Source: Tubiluchus corallicola (lineage: Eukaryota > Animalia > Priapulida). Taken from it: 64,000 nt of DNA. The notes under the pieces are model-generated. The model searched no databases. It was not told the DNA's origin and was given only the letters and a program-made list of their open reading frames with translations. The stretch is taken from the NCBI GenBank assembly GCA_030141605.1, contig JAQGDQ010000194.1:62001-126000 (forward strand), written 5' to 3'. The position numbers and the translations under genes are program-made. Shown here in pieces: positions 14,701 through 24,349 of the stretch (its first letter is position 1; each line of letters starts with the position of its first letter).

Positions 14701-14964
14701 CATTTGTAGGCTTTATCTTTTTTTCAGAATTAGTCAAGTTGATTTTATAAACCATATGGAGGTCGCCAAGTATACTGTAAATGTCGATATAGACATTTTA
14801 ACGTGCGACAGCCAGGCCCGGGCAATCTCCTAGGACGCGGAAACGATACCCATTTGTGATAGGCCTAAGGAACTAGTCGCCGAAACAAGGTCTACGTTAG
14901 AATTTTTAATAGCAAGCAAGCACTTACCAATAATCCCTGCAGTAGTTCGTTTAGTTTCAGACAT
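2586..14964 (-). CDS. FLAD1: Bifunctional FAD synthase (N-terminal molybdopterin-binding/CinA-like domain plus C-terminal PAPS-reductase-family FAD synthase domain); 13 coding exons, 485 aa (511 aa if started at ATG 15042)
   Basis: Exons 14928-14964, 14197-14291, 13953-14076, 13063-13175, 12343-12483, 10025-10173, 9410-9498, 7779-7905, 7574-7654, 6151-6252, 5389-5510, 4835-4976, 2586-2721. All introns are GT-AG with matching phases; total 1458 nt, open to TGA. Motifs: [49 protein letters not shown] (PP-loop), [25 protein letters not shown]. Confidence 0.96.
2847..4326 (-). mobile_element. 5'-truncated, frameshifted RTE-clade (BovB-like) non-LTR retrotransposon in the last FLAD1 intron, same orientation as the gene
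   Basis: ORF-track pieces 4041..4298, 3716..3955, 3390..3860 and 2896..3501 give RT motifs [32 protein letters not shown] and FTYL, plus a C-terminal CxxC..HxxxH finger. Perfect 10-bp TSD AATAACCAAT at 2837-2846 and 4327-4336; 3' terminal stem-loop at 2852-2873. Confidence 0.93.
4835..4976 (-). CDS. FLAD1: FLAD1 exon 12 ([46 protein letters not shown])
   Basis: Lies within ORF-track entry 4765..4998; TTTCAG acceptor, GG|GTTTGT donor. Confidence 0.96.
5389..5510 (-). CDS. FLAD1: FLAD1 exon 11 (YGFELV...[14 protein letters not shown])
   Basis: CTGTAG acceptor, CAG|GTACAC donor, GTRRTDP motif. Confidence 0.95.
6151..6252 (-). CDS. FLAD1: FLAD1 exon 10 ([33 protein letters not shown])
   Basis: TTTCAG acceptor, CAG|GTATTT donor, PFPE motif. 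Confidence 0.93.
7574..7654 (-). CDS. FLAD1: FLAD1 exon 9 ([26 protein letters not shown])
   Basis: PP-loop SFNGGKDCT; AAG acceptor, GTAAGT donor. Confidence 0.95.
7779..7905 (-). CDS. FLAD1: FLAD1 exon 8 ([11 protein letters not shown]...LDQCFHKY)
   Basis: TTTTAG acceptor, GA|GTGAGT donor. Confidence 0.9.
7961..8358. mobile_element. Tc2/pogo-type (Tc1-mariner superfamily) MITE, 398 bp
   Basis: Perfect 23-bp TIRs CCGTATATACTCGCATATAAGCC (7961-7983 / 8336-8358); TA on both flanks (7959-7960, 8359-8360); internal repeats of GGTCGRCTTATAT. Confidence 0.9.
9410..9498 (-). CDS. FLAD1: FLAD1 exon 7 ([13 protein letters not shown]...LIPP)
   Basis: TTTTAG acceptor, CAG|GTACAT donor, continuous frame. 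Confidence 0.92.
10025..10173 (-). CDS. FLAD1: FLAD1 exon 6 ([21 protein letters not shown]...[10 protein letters not shown])
   Basis: ATACAG acceptor, AG|GTAAGA donor, GSYP motif. Confidence 0.93.
11740..12205. repeat. Diverged tandem duplication, period about 265 bp, in FLAD1 intron 5
   Basis: Shared blocks GCTTCTTAACTTGG (11745, 12010), CAGATTGTTGCAAAATAACTTACAT and AAAACTACATTGT recur at a near-constant offset. Confidence 0.85.
12343..12483 (-). CDS. FLAD1: FLAD1 exon 5 (VPSSAVL...[27 protein letters not shown])
   Basis: TTACAG acceptor, GAG|GTATCA donor, PGIP motif. Confidence 0.94.
13063..13175 (-). CDS. FLAD1: FLAD1 exon 4 ([16 protein letters not shown]...QMKLAK)
   Basis: TTTTAG acceptor, AAG|GTGTGT donor, continuous frame. 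Confidence 0.92.
13334..13710. mobile_element. Decayed hAT-type MITE, 377 bp, in FLAD1 intron 3
   Basis: Imperfect TIRs CAGGGGCGCATTA / TGATACGTCTCTG; flanking 8-mers TTCAGAAG and GTCAGAAA (6/8 identical), consistent with an old 8-bp TSD. Confidence 0.6.
13953..14076 (-). CDS. FLAD1: FLAD1 exon 3 (ISVIPDD...[15 protein letters not shown])
   Basis: TTTTAG acceptor, GTCATA donor, GGIGPTHDD motif. Confidence 0.94.
14197..14291 (-). CDS. FLAD1: FLAD1 exon 2 ([32 protein letters not shown])
   Basis: TTGCAG acceptor, GTATTT donor, conserved molybdopterin-binding motif. Confidence 0.94.
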
Positions 14965-16250
14965 ATTTTTTCTGCTACCTCCTTGTGTTAAGTGCCTACA
15001 AACGCAAAGAAATCTTGATTGTTTGTTACATTTCAATGACATAGCTGAACACCGACGCAAGTACACGTTAACTTAATAACAGGTGAGTGGGCGCTCCGAT
15101 TCGTAGATATAGAAACAAGAACGTGAAAAGGATGCGAACACGTGAGTCATGTTCTAGTACTCTAGAGTGAGTTAGAGTGAGTCTTGTCGTGCCGCCACCT
15201 ATAGCCAATTTTTCAAACCCGTACTATCATTATCCGCGAGAACCTGCTAACGCTGACTTTTCATCATTACGTTCATTATCCTGTTTTCCGCTTTTTAATT
15301 CATGTTAACTTCCAGGCGCAGAGGGCTTCGAAGATTCCAGGATAGACACCTGGTGTAAGGCTTTGAAAGTGGTGTGATGAGCACTGACTTTGGTTAAAAT
15401 TTCAAGTACACTGGACATGACATTTGTTAATTTTTCGCTTACTATTCAACTACTCCATGAAATTCTGTCCCATAAGCATTTCTCTAATATACTAAGTTCT
15501 ATAAAGTTTCTTGATGATCTACTGTACTTGGCAAGGCTCCTTCGAAAACGATAGTATTGTTATTTCCGCTATCTTGAATTCAAAATGCGGATCGAAAATA
15601 CAACATCATCAAATCAAGTCATTTTATCTTTACCCTTGACATAAAAAAACAATATTAGTATACACGTACTATCCATCTAAATGGGAAGGGGTGGCGAAAA
15701 GCATAATGTTACCGAAAAATCAGCTACCCCATTGAATACAAAATAGCGGATCGAAAAGCTGACTCCGACAACCGGTGCAAAATTTGTTCTAGTATAGTCG
15801 CGTGTAGTTTCACAATGAACTATTGCAAATTCACGAGGTCTTATATGTTTAACAAAAAGGTCATGATCTGACAACAAGAACAACAATCACAATCCAGATG
15901 AGTAGCGATTTAGGTCAAACTTCGAGGACAAAAATACTGGATGACCGTTTAGCGGAAAACTTTTGTTTAAAAAATGACTAAAGTTGTAGCAAACAACTGT
16001 TGATTAAGCAATGTTTAGTCAAAGAACTTCTTTTTGGACTGATATAAATATAAATACTAATTTTTTATTTTATTTTTGGATACTGGACTATTTCGTGGCA
16101 CACGTAATTAATCGCACTTAACTTTTCATTAAGAAAAAGGTATATCGTTATTTTTCTCGCAATTAAGAAAACAGAGATAAAACGTGACGTTTCGTATTTT
16201 TCACCGTGGGTTCTCTTCAGGTGGGAAGTGTGACAGCCCTATACAATAGT
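14560..16250. promoter_or_regulatory. CpG-retaining promoter region of FLAD1, probably bidirectional with the PRAS40/AKT1S1 gene
   Basis: CpG is visibly more frequent than in the flanking gene bodies; contains the FLAD1 start exon; plus-strand donor-like sites CAG|GTGAGT (15082/15083) and GGT|GTAAGG (15354/15355); E-box CACGTG near 15139. Confidence 0.55.
14928..14964 (-). CDS. FLAD1: FLAD1 coding exon 1 ([12 protein letters not shown]); extends to 15042 if the upstream ATG is used
   Basis: ATG at 14964; donor G|GTAAGT; phase 1. Confidence 0.88.
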
Positions 16251-17328
16251 ACTCTCTTTTTATCGTACTAATTAAATTTCTACAATTTGGTTTGCTAAGT
16301 TAAGCGGAGTAGCGCCAACGAGTTTAATTTTGTATTACTAAGTGAAAAGTTTATTTTGTTTATCTATGTAATTATTATCTCTAAGGCTAGCATAGTAATG
16401 TCATCCACTGTCAAATTTATTTATCAAAGGAAGAAACCAGGCACATGAACTTGACAGGTGTGCTTCCTCATTTGGCAAGTTTGACCACCAATCCTAAGTG
16501 GAGATAAATAGGACATTTACAGCTGCTACTCTTTATGACCTATTTGATTGGTCAGATTTAAGTGATGAACCAATCTTTACATGTTATGCAGCCATTCAGC
16601 TTGGAGCAAACAGGTTTACCTGGAAAAACTAGGCCACAATGCAGGGTGTGGAAAAATGTGGCTTTGCAATATAGTTGCTCTACGTGAGTTTTAACAATTC
16701 TTGGTTTAAAGGATAATACTGCATTTCTTAATGTCATTTCCTCAGCAGAAACAGAGTACTTCTGCAAAGGTTATACTCAGTCTTTGTGATCCTGGACTGT
16801 CCGTCATTTAGGAAGCCCCAGGAGACTGCTGTTTATGGTGGAGGAAACCAAGTCGTTAAATGGACTATTGCTAGTACTCAGAAAACCAACCTGTGGTCAG
16901 TCTTCTAGTCAGTGCCTTCAGATACTCCGGACTTGATACCGTGCGTTCCTCAGTTGATAGAGTTAATGTCACGCCTGATGTCATCTACCTGTCAGACCCT
17001 GAAGTTACCGTTTGGGAAGCCTGCCGTTAGACTGTTCCAGTACACGCCGCCGTCGACAGCGGCAATGACGAGGTTAAGCTAGCTAGCCAACGTGTGCACA
17101 GAGACTCACGATAAGTACAGTTTGTGGTGTTTTGTGGTACATTTAAAAATCTCGGGTAAAATTAAAGACAGTAGCTAAACTATAATTCTTAGCATATCTT
17201 TGTTAATTATTTCTCCAATGTGTTTTTCTTATGCTAAATAAAATTGAGTTGATAGCTAACTGATTGTTTCTCTATCTGTTCTGATAATGTTAAATTCTCA
17301 CGTTAAGTAATCTCGACAGGGACCCACA
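16229..17328 (+). mobile_element. Possible solo LTR, about 1.1 kb
   Basis: Begins TGTG and ends CACA, with an imperfect terminal inverted match (TGTGACAGCCCT / AGGGACCCACA); more GC-rich core; AATAAA about 90 bp before the end. No TSD found. Confidence 0.35.
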
Positions 17329-20283
17329 GCCTTAGATCAAATAAAAAGTACTGATTCGTCAAATATTTGTGGTGTGTTTGCACCAGTATTCTAGTGATAA
17401 TCTTGCCATTCTGACATAAACACATTTACAGCATTTTAGGCCAAACAGATGATCACGGAAAGAAATTCACATGAATTACACTTCTTTCTCAGCTGAAGAA
17501 ACATTACATTACGTACAAAACACGGCAGCCAAACGTCCAAACCTGCAAACGAGTTAACAATTACTCACGTGCTGTTGATAATGACGGATATAGAAGTCAG
17601 TGCGTGCACTTAAAATTTATAATCTCTTTTATCTTACACAATTGATTTATAGATACTGTTTTTTGGGTTTGCTAATAATAATAATAGCCATCACATTTAA
17701 GTTAAAGAAATACAGCACAGGAAAAAAGCTCAGGTAACAGAACAGTACTGTTAATGCTCTGTCCGCTGATGAGGGGCGGTCACTTATAGTCACTACTCAC
17801 TAGCTAGGTGTGAGGGCCTGAGTGAGAGATCACCCGGGCAGCCAAAGCAAGATTTGTGACCATGCATGTCAAAACCGTCCATAATACGCTAAGTATCAAT
17901 TTTCAGTTATATGCATATACTTATTCACCTGTTCACGTTGATTATTTTGGTACCAATTTCAGCTCTCTACGTTGTTTCTGAGCGAAGATATCGGCATTTA
18001 TAGTTGAGTGGACAGCAAAAAATCAAACCTAAAATTATCATTAAATTTACACAGCAACTGAGGAAGGTGTTGGTTGCTATGGGGTTTGGGAGAGTACTAT
18101 TAAGAATAATTTTCTTTCTGGCAGTTTATATGCAAGTATAGCCGATGTACTTCTTTCTGATGAATTTTGAGTACCTTTGTTATTTACCTGTGCTACCAGT
18201 GTTAATTTAATTAAAGGTAAGTTACAATAAATAATTTTATCACACGAGAGTTTAAAATTTGTTTATGTTACCAATTTTATGTTTGTTTTCATGTCTTTTT
18301 AAAAATTTCGTATAACTTACGAACAAATATACCTACAGAATATCTTTGGAGTGTTTATGTTTGCCAGGTAAGATGATTAATTGCAGGTGAGATAATTAAA
18401 AGCATTGGTCTGTAGTGCTAAGAAAAATGGAGAAAAAACTTGAGAAAATAACTATGCCCGTTTTATAAATAATCTGCTATTTAAGTGCATTGTTGTACAC
18501 GTGTTTCAGGTTATCACTTTCAGGTAAACTAACAAATCAGTATAATTACAACTGATACAAATCCAACATTTTCCAACCATAATGTCACAACTACATAGTT
18601 ATTTTTGATTTTTAGATAGTTGTAAACTTGTGAGATATTAAATAGACTTATACACTTTCGGTATTATAAAATTTGTTTTGAGCAGGTACATTATTAACAT
18701 TGGTAATTACAAGTGTGACTTTTACCTGCTGATAATACTTGTTATGACTATGCTATGCTTAGCTTTATAATTATAAGTGACAAGCAGGCATTTCATTGAT
18801 GGTACTTGTACTCTGTATAATGGCAGTTTTCAGAATTCAGTTTCATTTTTGACACCAACCACAAATAATTACAGGTATAACATCATGTAGGTAGAAAATG
18901 TACTACCTCTTTCTCACGCATATACAGACATCAGGTGTTTGTGTGTAGCTCTTTGGACAGCAAAGCACACATTTGCTGGAGTCTCGTTACGCCAATGATA
19001 TTAGTATTACATTGCACTCGGTAGATGGCAACATAAAAGTTATTTGTTAAAGTTTCTACACATACGTTTACTGCTTTTCGTCACGCGCTTGTCAGCTGAC
19101 TACTAATGGCTGTGTAAACGCTAGCCGGTAGGTTGACAGTGTGACAGTATGCGTTGCAGGAGTGCGACACGAGCAAGGTAAAACGTGAAAAGTGGCTTAG
19201 AAACTTTAGTGATTCTGTCACAAGAATGTTGCTGTTGGTTATGGTTATGTGTTGTGTAGTTAACTTAGAATACGCGATTTTTACACAAATTTTGTATAAG
19301 TATTGTTACATTATGCTAAATTAAGTGAAACTATCTTAAAAGATATGTAGACATAGACATAAAACATTTATTTTCTCCAATTTGTTTGACATGACAAGTT
19401 TTTTAAATATTACTTAATTATAGTCATGGAGCAGGGCAGGGAAGGACCATAGGGTCATCTCGTCTCCTGCCCTGTGAGACGTTTATATGTACTTATATGT
19501 ACATATAATACCATATTTTTATTCATAATTTGTACATTTTGAGTTATTAGATAATATATTGTGAGAGTTAGAAAGATAATGGATCATAAACAAATTTTAA
19601 TAAACAAAAATAAAAAAATTGGGGATAATATTAAAGTTTATTGGTGCCCAAATGTCCTTATGCCCAAGTGTTGCCCAAATGTCATGTACACCTTCCCAGA
19701 GAGGTTAATTATATGATCACAGTTTTAGCAGACTGAACAATTACCAGTAACTATGAAAAGTCCAGTGTTTTGTGGTTTAATCTATATAGATGCCAGATGA
19801 TGTAACGAAAGAAACATGAGAAAGCTTCTGTGCAAAGTTGCAGTTGAGTTTTCAGTGCATGTTGTAAGCTGATAAGATCTGATGGCAAATTTTAGTTGAG
19901 AAATTAATAACACTATAATAGAGATGCATCAAGCTAATTTTTAAAGATTTTGTCAATGTTTATTTTGTTTTAGGGAATTTGTATTTATTTTGTAACTTTG
20001 AGAATGTGCCATAAAACTAAATTTTCAATGTTAAACCTTACCCTTCTTTAATGGATGTTTTTTTAGTTGGGTCAAGGGCAAGCTTTTCTAAATTGGATTT
20101 TGAGTCACAACTTTCTCTTGAGACAGATTTCTTTTGATACTTTTCCTTTTGTTTCAGAGATCCTTGAACTTTATATGCAAGTATTTATGTTATTTATAGT
20201 GCAAAGAATAAATCTTGTCTCCTGTATTGACTAAAGTATGGCCTCTTTAAATGTCACGCACTTCAACTGGACAAATAATAGAT

Positions 20284-21426
20284 AGATCGCATGCGGCATT
20301 TAGCCCTGCCCACCTTGATCACGTAACACACATTCTCACAAACACTCACTTGCTGCAAGTCGCTACAGTATATAAACAAGCATGAATAACACTAAGAATG
20401 GTGAATTGTAATTTATTTGTCGACGATTCCGGAAAATGTATCGGTGTGATCAAACCAAACTATAAGAACTTGTCTAGTAAATCTTTACAAAGAGGACTTA
20501 ATTATTGTATGCAAGGATATGTGCACTATATCAAGATTTATTGCAAAGTTACATAGTAACATAGTTACAATAAAAGTGCTAATTATAATAAAACTTGCAA
20601 CAAAGTACTAAAATAACAAATATGCTTAGTACTAAAATAACAAATATAACAAGTATTAACTTTGCTTTACATGTTGTGTTGTAAAGCAGAATTTTTTTAA
20701 CACTTACACCAAAAACAAATTATTTTTGTGTCTCGTACCTAATTCTAACATACCCACGAAAACTGAATAAATTAAATACAAATCGTGTAAGTTAGCCCAG
20801 CTGAACTATTTAACTATACTTCTGTACGTTCAGACAGTCACACTCAACCAACGAAATCCTATTTTTTGCTGGAATACAATATCTGGAATATCTTGATGCA
20901 GTGCATTAAGTTGTGATTTAGCAGGACGCATTCTACATGTAGCCAGCAGTAATAAATGATAGTACAGTGTAATAATAAAACATTAGAAAGTTTCTCTGAG
21001 CCGACAGCATGATTTTTATTAGTTTTTAATGGTTTGAGCTGTTTACGTGGACTCCTGCGTGCTCTGACCCAACAGTGACACTTGTCTAAGTCTTTTTTGT
21101 GTTGGGGAAACTTTATAAGTCGAACTCCTTCTTCTAATCTTTCTGGATAGCAAATATCCACATTACACATGGCCCAAGCACAACGCTTCACCATTCTTCA
21201 CTACTATTAACGAATTTGAGCTGCCCAAGGTCTTTTACAGCCAGAAAAAAGAAATAATAATCATGAACACATGCTTTAGCTGTATATTTCATATAGGCTT
21301 TAAGTGCAAATGTGGCTGGGCACGTGAGTAAAGCCTCCAACAATCGAAGAACAGAAAGCGCTCAATAAAAGTGCCTCACTGGTCATTGCGAGGAGAACCC
21401 TGCCATTGATCGACATTCTGCGGTCT
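20284..21426 (-). mobile_element. Internally deleted THAP-encoding DNA transposon relic (ISL2EU/PIF-Harbinger-like)
   Basis: Short TIRs AGATCGCA / TGCGGTCT (7/8), flanked by AT on both sides (20282-20283, 21427-21428); contains the degenerate THAP ORF 20859..21194. Confidence 0.55.
20990..21194 (-). pseudogene. Degenerate THAP (C2CH) zinc-finger domain of transposon origin
   Basis: MVKRCAWAMCN...KFP...CWVRA...HAVGSE keeps the N-terminal CxxxxC and the P and W of THAP, but the third Cys and the His ligand (VCSxHF) are lost. Confidence 0.7.
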
Positions 21427-22482
21427 ATGTATTATAGGCCAAAATAAGCATTATTGAGCATCTGTAGTACCTGCTGTTTAGTTTATTACTAGAGTAAGCT
21501 GAGTAAATGAGAGTATGATACTTCAAATTATGCTAAATATTTAAATATTTATTTGCTGTACTAATATATATAATGCATTATTTTAATCAAGTTGTAAGAA
21601 ATTTCTTGGTCTAGTTTTAAACATTGCTGGTATAACATAATACAGCTGTTTGCTGTATTTCGATTAATGTAGTATATATGTTTAAGGTGGACAGCCAAAG
21701 CGCATGCTATGTCACTGCGTGATAATTCTTTTAACTTAGATGTTAATCTTATTTGTTGAAATCTTCTCTTAACAAGCGTATTTTCGACTGCTGTATTAAT
21801 TTCTGTTTTCTTGATTAGATTTGCCTTATTTTGACATTTCCGAGAACAGAAACTTGGCAAATGCAAAGGTACAGTCAAAAACAGATTCTGTTTTGCAAAT
21901 ATTGGCAATAGTTATGCTACCCATCAGAGTATTTTGGAAAGTATATTACCTAGGAAACAACTGCAGCTTTACAGAACAGGACTGGGTATTCAGTTTGTCG
22001 AGTACTGATTTACCGTTTTGTTATTCTAATGCTTACTTGAAAAGGTTATAAAAACATTTTTGTTCATGGATGTGGAAGCAAGCAGTAGGCCTTATTCTTG
22101 TTACCTTTGTTGTGCAACATATCAGTATTTTTAAGCTTTTAAGATGAGTGATATAAAGATGACTATACAATGACTATAAGATGAGATAAGAATGTGCATA
22201 ATTTGGCAAGAAACTTTTCAATATTTAAGGTAGCCAGTTCATTGCTGAAGTTTCTTATTAGTAACTTTTTAAAGGAATTCATATAACTAGTTAAAATGCT
22301 TGCTTTTTTCCAGCAAAGTTACCAGCAATTTTTTTTAACATTGGCATTTATGATGTATATGTATTATAATGTACACTTTACTTTTAAAATGACAATTCTT
22401 TTCTTTTGTAACTGTAGGAAAGTGTCATTTCATTTTCATTATTTTCAAATATTTCTTTCCCAAGGTGAAAACGATCCTTGAA

Positions 22483-22655
22483 ATGGAGTCTGTGGTTCTG
22501 GCATGTCCTTGCTTGAATATTGCTCTTCACACCAAATCATTTGTACAGGACTCAGTGGATCTTACCAAGTTAAAATTGAGTGAAGAGGAAAAGAGTGATG
22601 ATTTCTTTCAAGACAAAGTTACAGAAGTGGAAATGGCTGCATTAGGAGTTACATG
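22483..22655 (+). CDS. AKT1S1: PRAS40 coding exon 1 (MESVVLACPCLNIALH...LGVT); exon starts at acceptor 22465
   Basis: TTTCCCAAG acceptor, ATG at 22483, TG|GTAAGG donor. Confidence 0.85.
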
Positions 22656-24312
22656 GTAAGGTCAAGCAAGGGAATTTTTGTACAATTTATAAAACCAGAA
22701 TAGTTACCTTCCAGTCAAATTGTTCAATATTAGTTACAAATCGAGAGTGTCATGTACACCACATTTGATATAAATTAAATAATATGAAACTGTGGTAAAA
22801 ATGTTGATCTGTCTAGTTATTGTAAACGAGAGTTTTTTTGGTGCTTGATGTACTAACAGTGCAATTGAACTACTTTATTTGCGCCATTAGCAAACTAAAA
22901 TTTTGCTTCAAATTTTTGTAAGATTGTGATAATGTAGTGCAGTTTGATATCATGCTATGTTGATTTTAAAAATACACTAGAAATGAACACATTGTAACTG
23001 GGGGCTAAGAGTTTTGTAGCCCGTGCTTTGATAAATACTGTCATATTTGCTTCAGCCCAGTCCCAGACTTCTTGCTGTCTCATCGTGCTTATAAGATGGC
23101 TGTTTCTTTATAGTGTAAGACAAGTACATTTGTGGCAACAGAAATAGTAAATTGTTTAATAACGGCAAAGATCCTATTAGGTGGGAAGTGAGAACCAGAC
23201 ATAAATATGAACAGTGTAAAAAAAACCTGTTGCAAAACATGGAAAATTTCGAGCAGCCTAAATATTCATAATAAAGTTTGGGAGCATGTTCTTTTCATCG
23301 TATCATTCTTATGAGAATAAAATTTGATAAAATGTGCCTGAAAAATATTAGCTTATTTGATGAATTTTTAGATGGCTTATTATTTGTTTTAGCGAGCATT
23401 CTTACTTGAAGCAAAAGAGAAAAGTCGGTGATTGGCATGTCACTAAATGTCTCATTTGCAACGTTTCTGTCTTTGCCAAGCAACATTACGAGTCTCGGCA
23501 AATACTAGCAAGCAAAAAAGTTTTGGTAGGCTTTAGTGTTTTTTAATGTGTATTTATTTATTTTTATCAGTGTGTTTTCATTAATATTTTATGTTCACAT
23601 AAACTGCTAGCTGAAATACCCGGCTTCATCAGAGGCTGGTTTGGTATGATATCAAGTGAAAACAGTATGTACATTAGATCTCTTGTACATACTTGTACAA
23701 CAGTATGTACATTAGGGGTTGCCTGCTTATTAGCATAGGTAATAGTTCAATGCTGCAGAGCAATTCTCTAATAAGAATAGATTACAAAAGAATGATATTT
23801 GGTTAATTAAAGGACTTTAGTGCATTTTTTGTAATATAATACATAGCCATGTGAATCAATTGTTGATAGAGTGTTAAATGCGCTAAACCACAGATACATT
23901 TTTAACAAATGTTTATAGTGAATGGAAGGTAGATAGAGTTATATAAACATCACAACACTATGACCGGAGCATCAAAATAATGGTAATAACTTCAGAAAAT
24001 CTCATTGGCTACTACTAATTGGAAGTTTGTTATCAAATCACTGAGGTGTCTGAAATTTTAAGTATTAGACAGAGAAATATAGTTTATTTTACTGGAGAGC
24101 ATAACTGGTAGATTAAAACTGACAATTCAAAAGAAAAATAAAGATGGATCCAAATTATTGATGATGTCAGAAAAGCAAATGACGCTGTATGTTAATTGAC
24201 CCTTCGAGTTTAACGCAATATTTGGGGCGGTGACCTAAATTCGCCTAGCCTTAAACCTTCCCCGGGCCATGTGGAGGGGCAGTGACCTATATTGATATTG
24301 CCTAAAACCTTC

Positions 24313-24349
<37 letters not shown>

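Noticed and set aside
17760-17800. CTGATGA hammerhead-like cores here and near 26277 and 35755
   Set aside because: No correctly placed stem II and GAAA downstream.
17700-20250. Possible large Kolobok-like element (TTAAAG... / ...CTTTAA)
   Set aside because: The region looks repeat-derived, but I could not pair convincing TIRs or find coding remnants.
23055-23150. Acceptor-like TTGCTTCAG as PRAS40 coding exon 2
   Set aside because: Stop codon in the required phase; exon 23393-23525 fits the frame and carries the CxxC motif.
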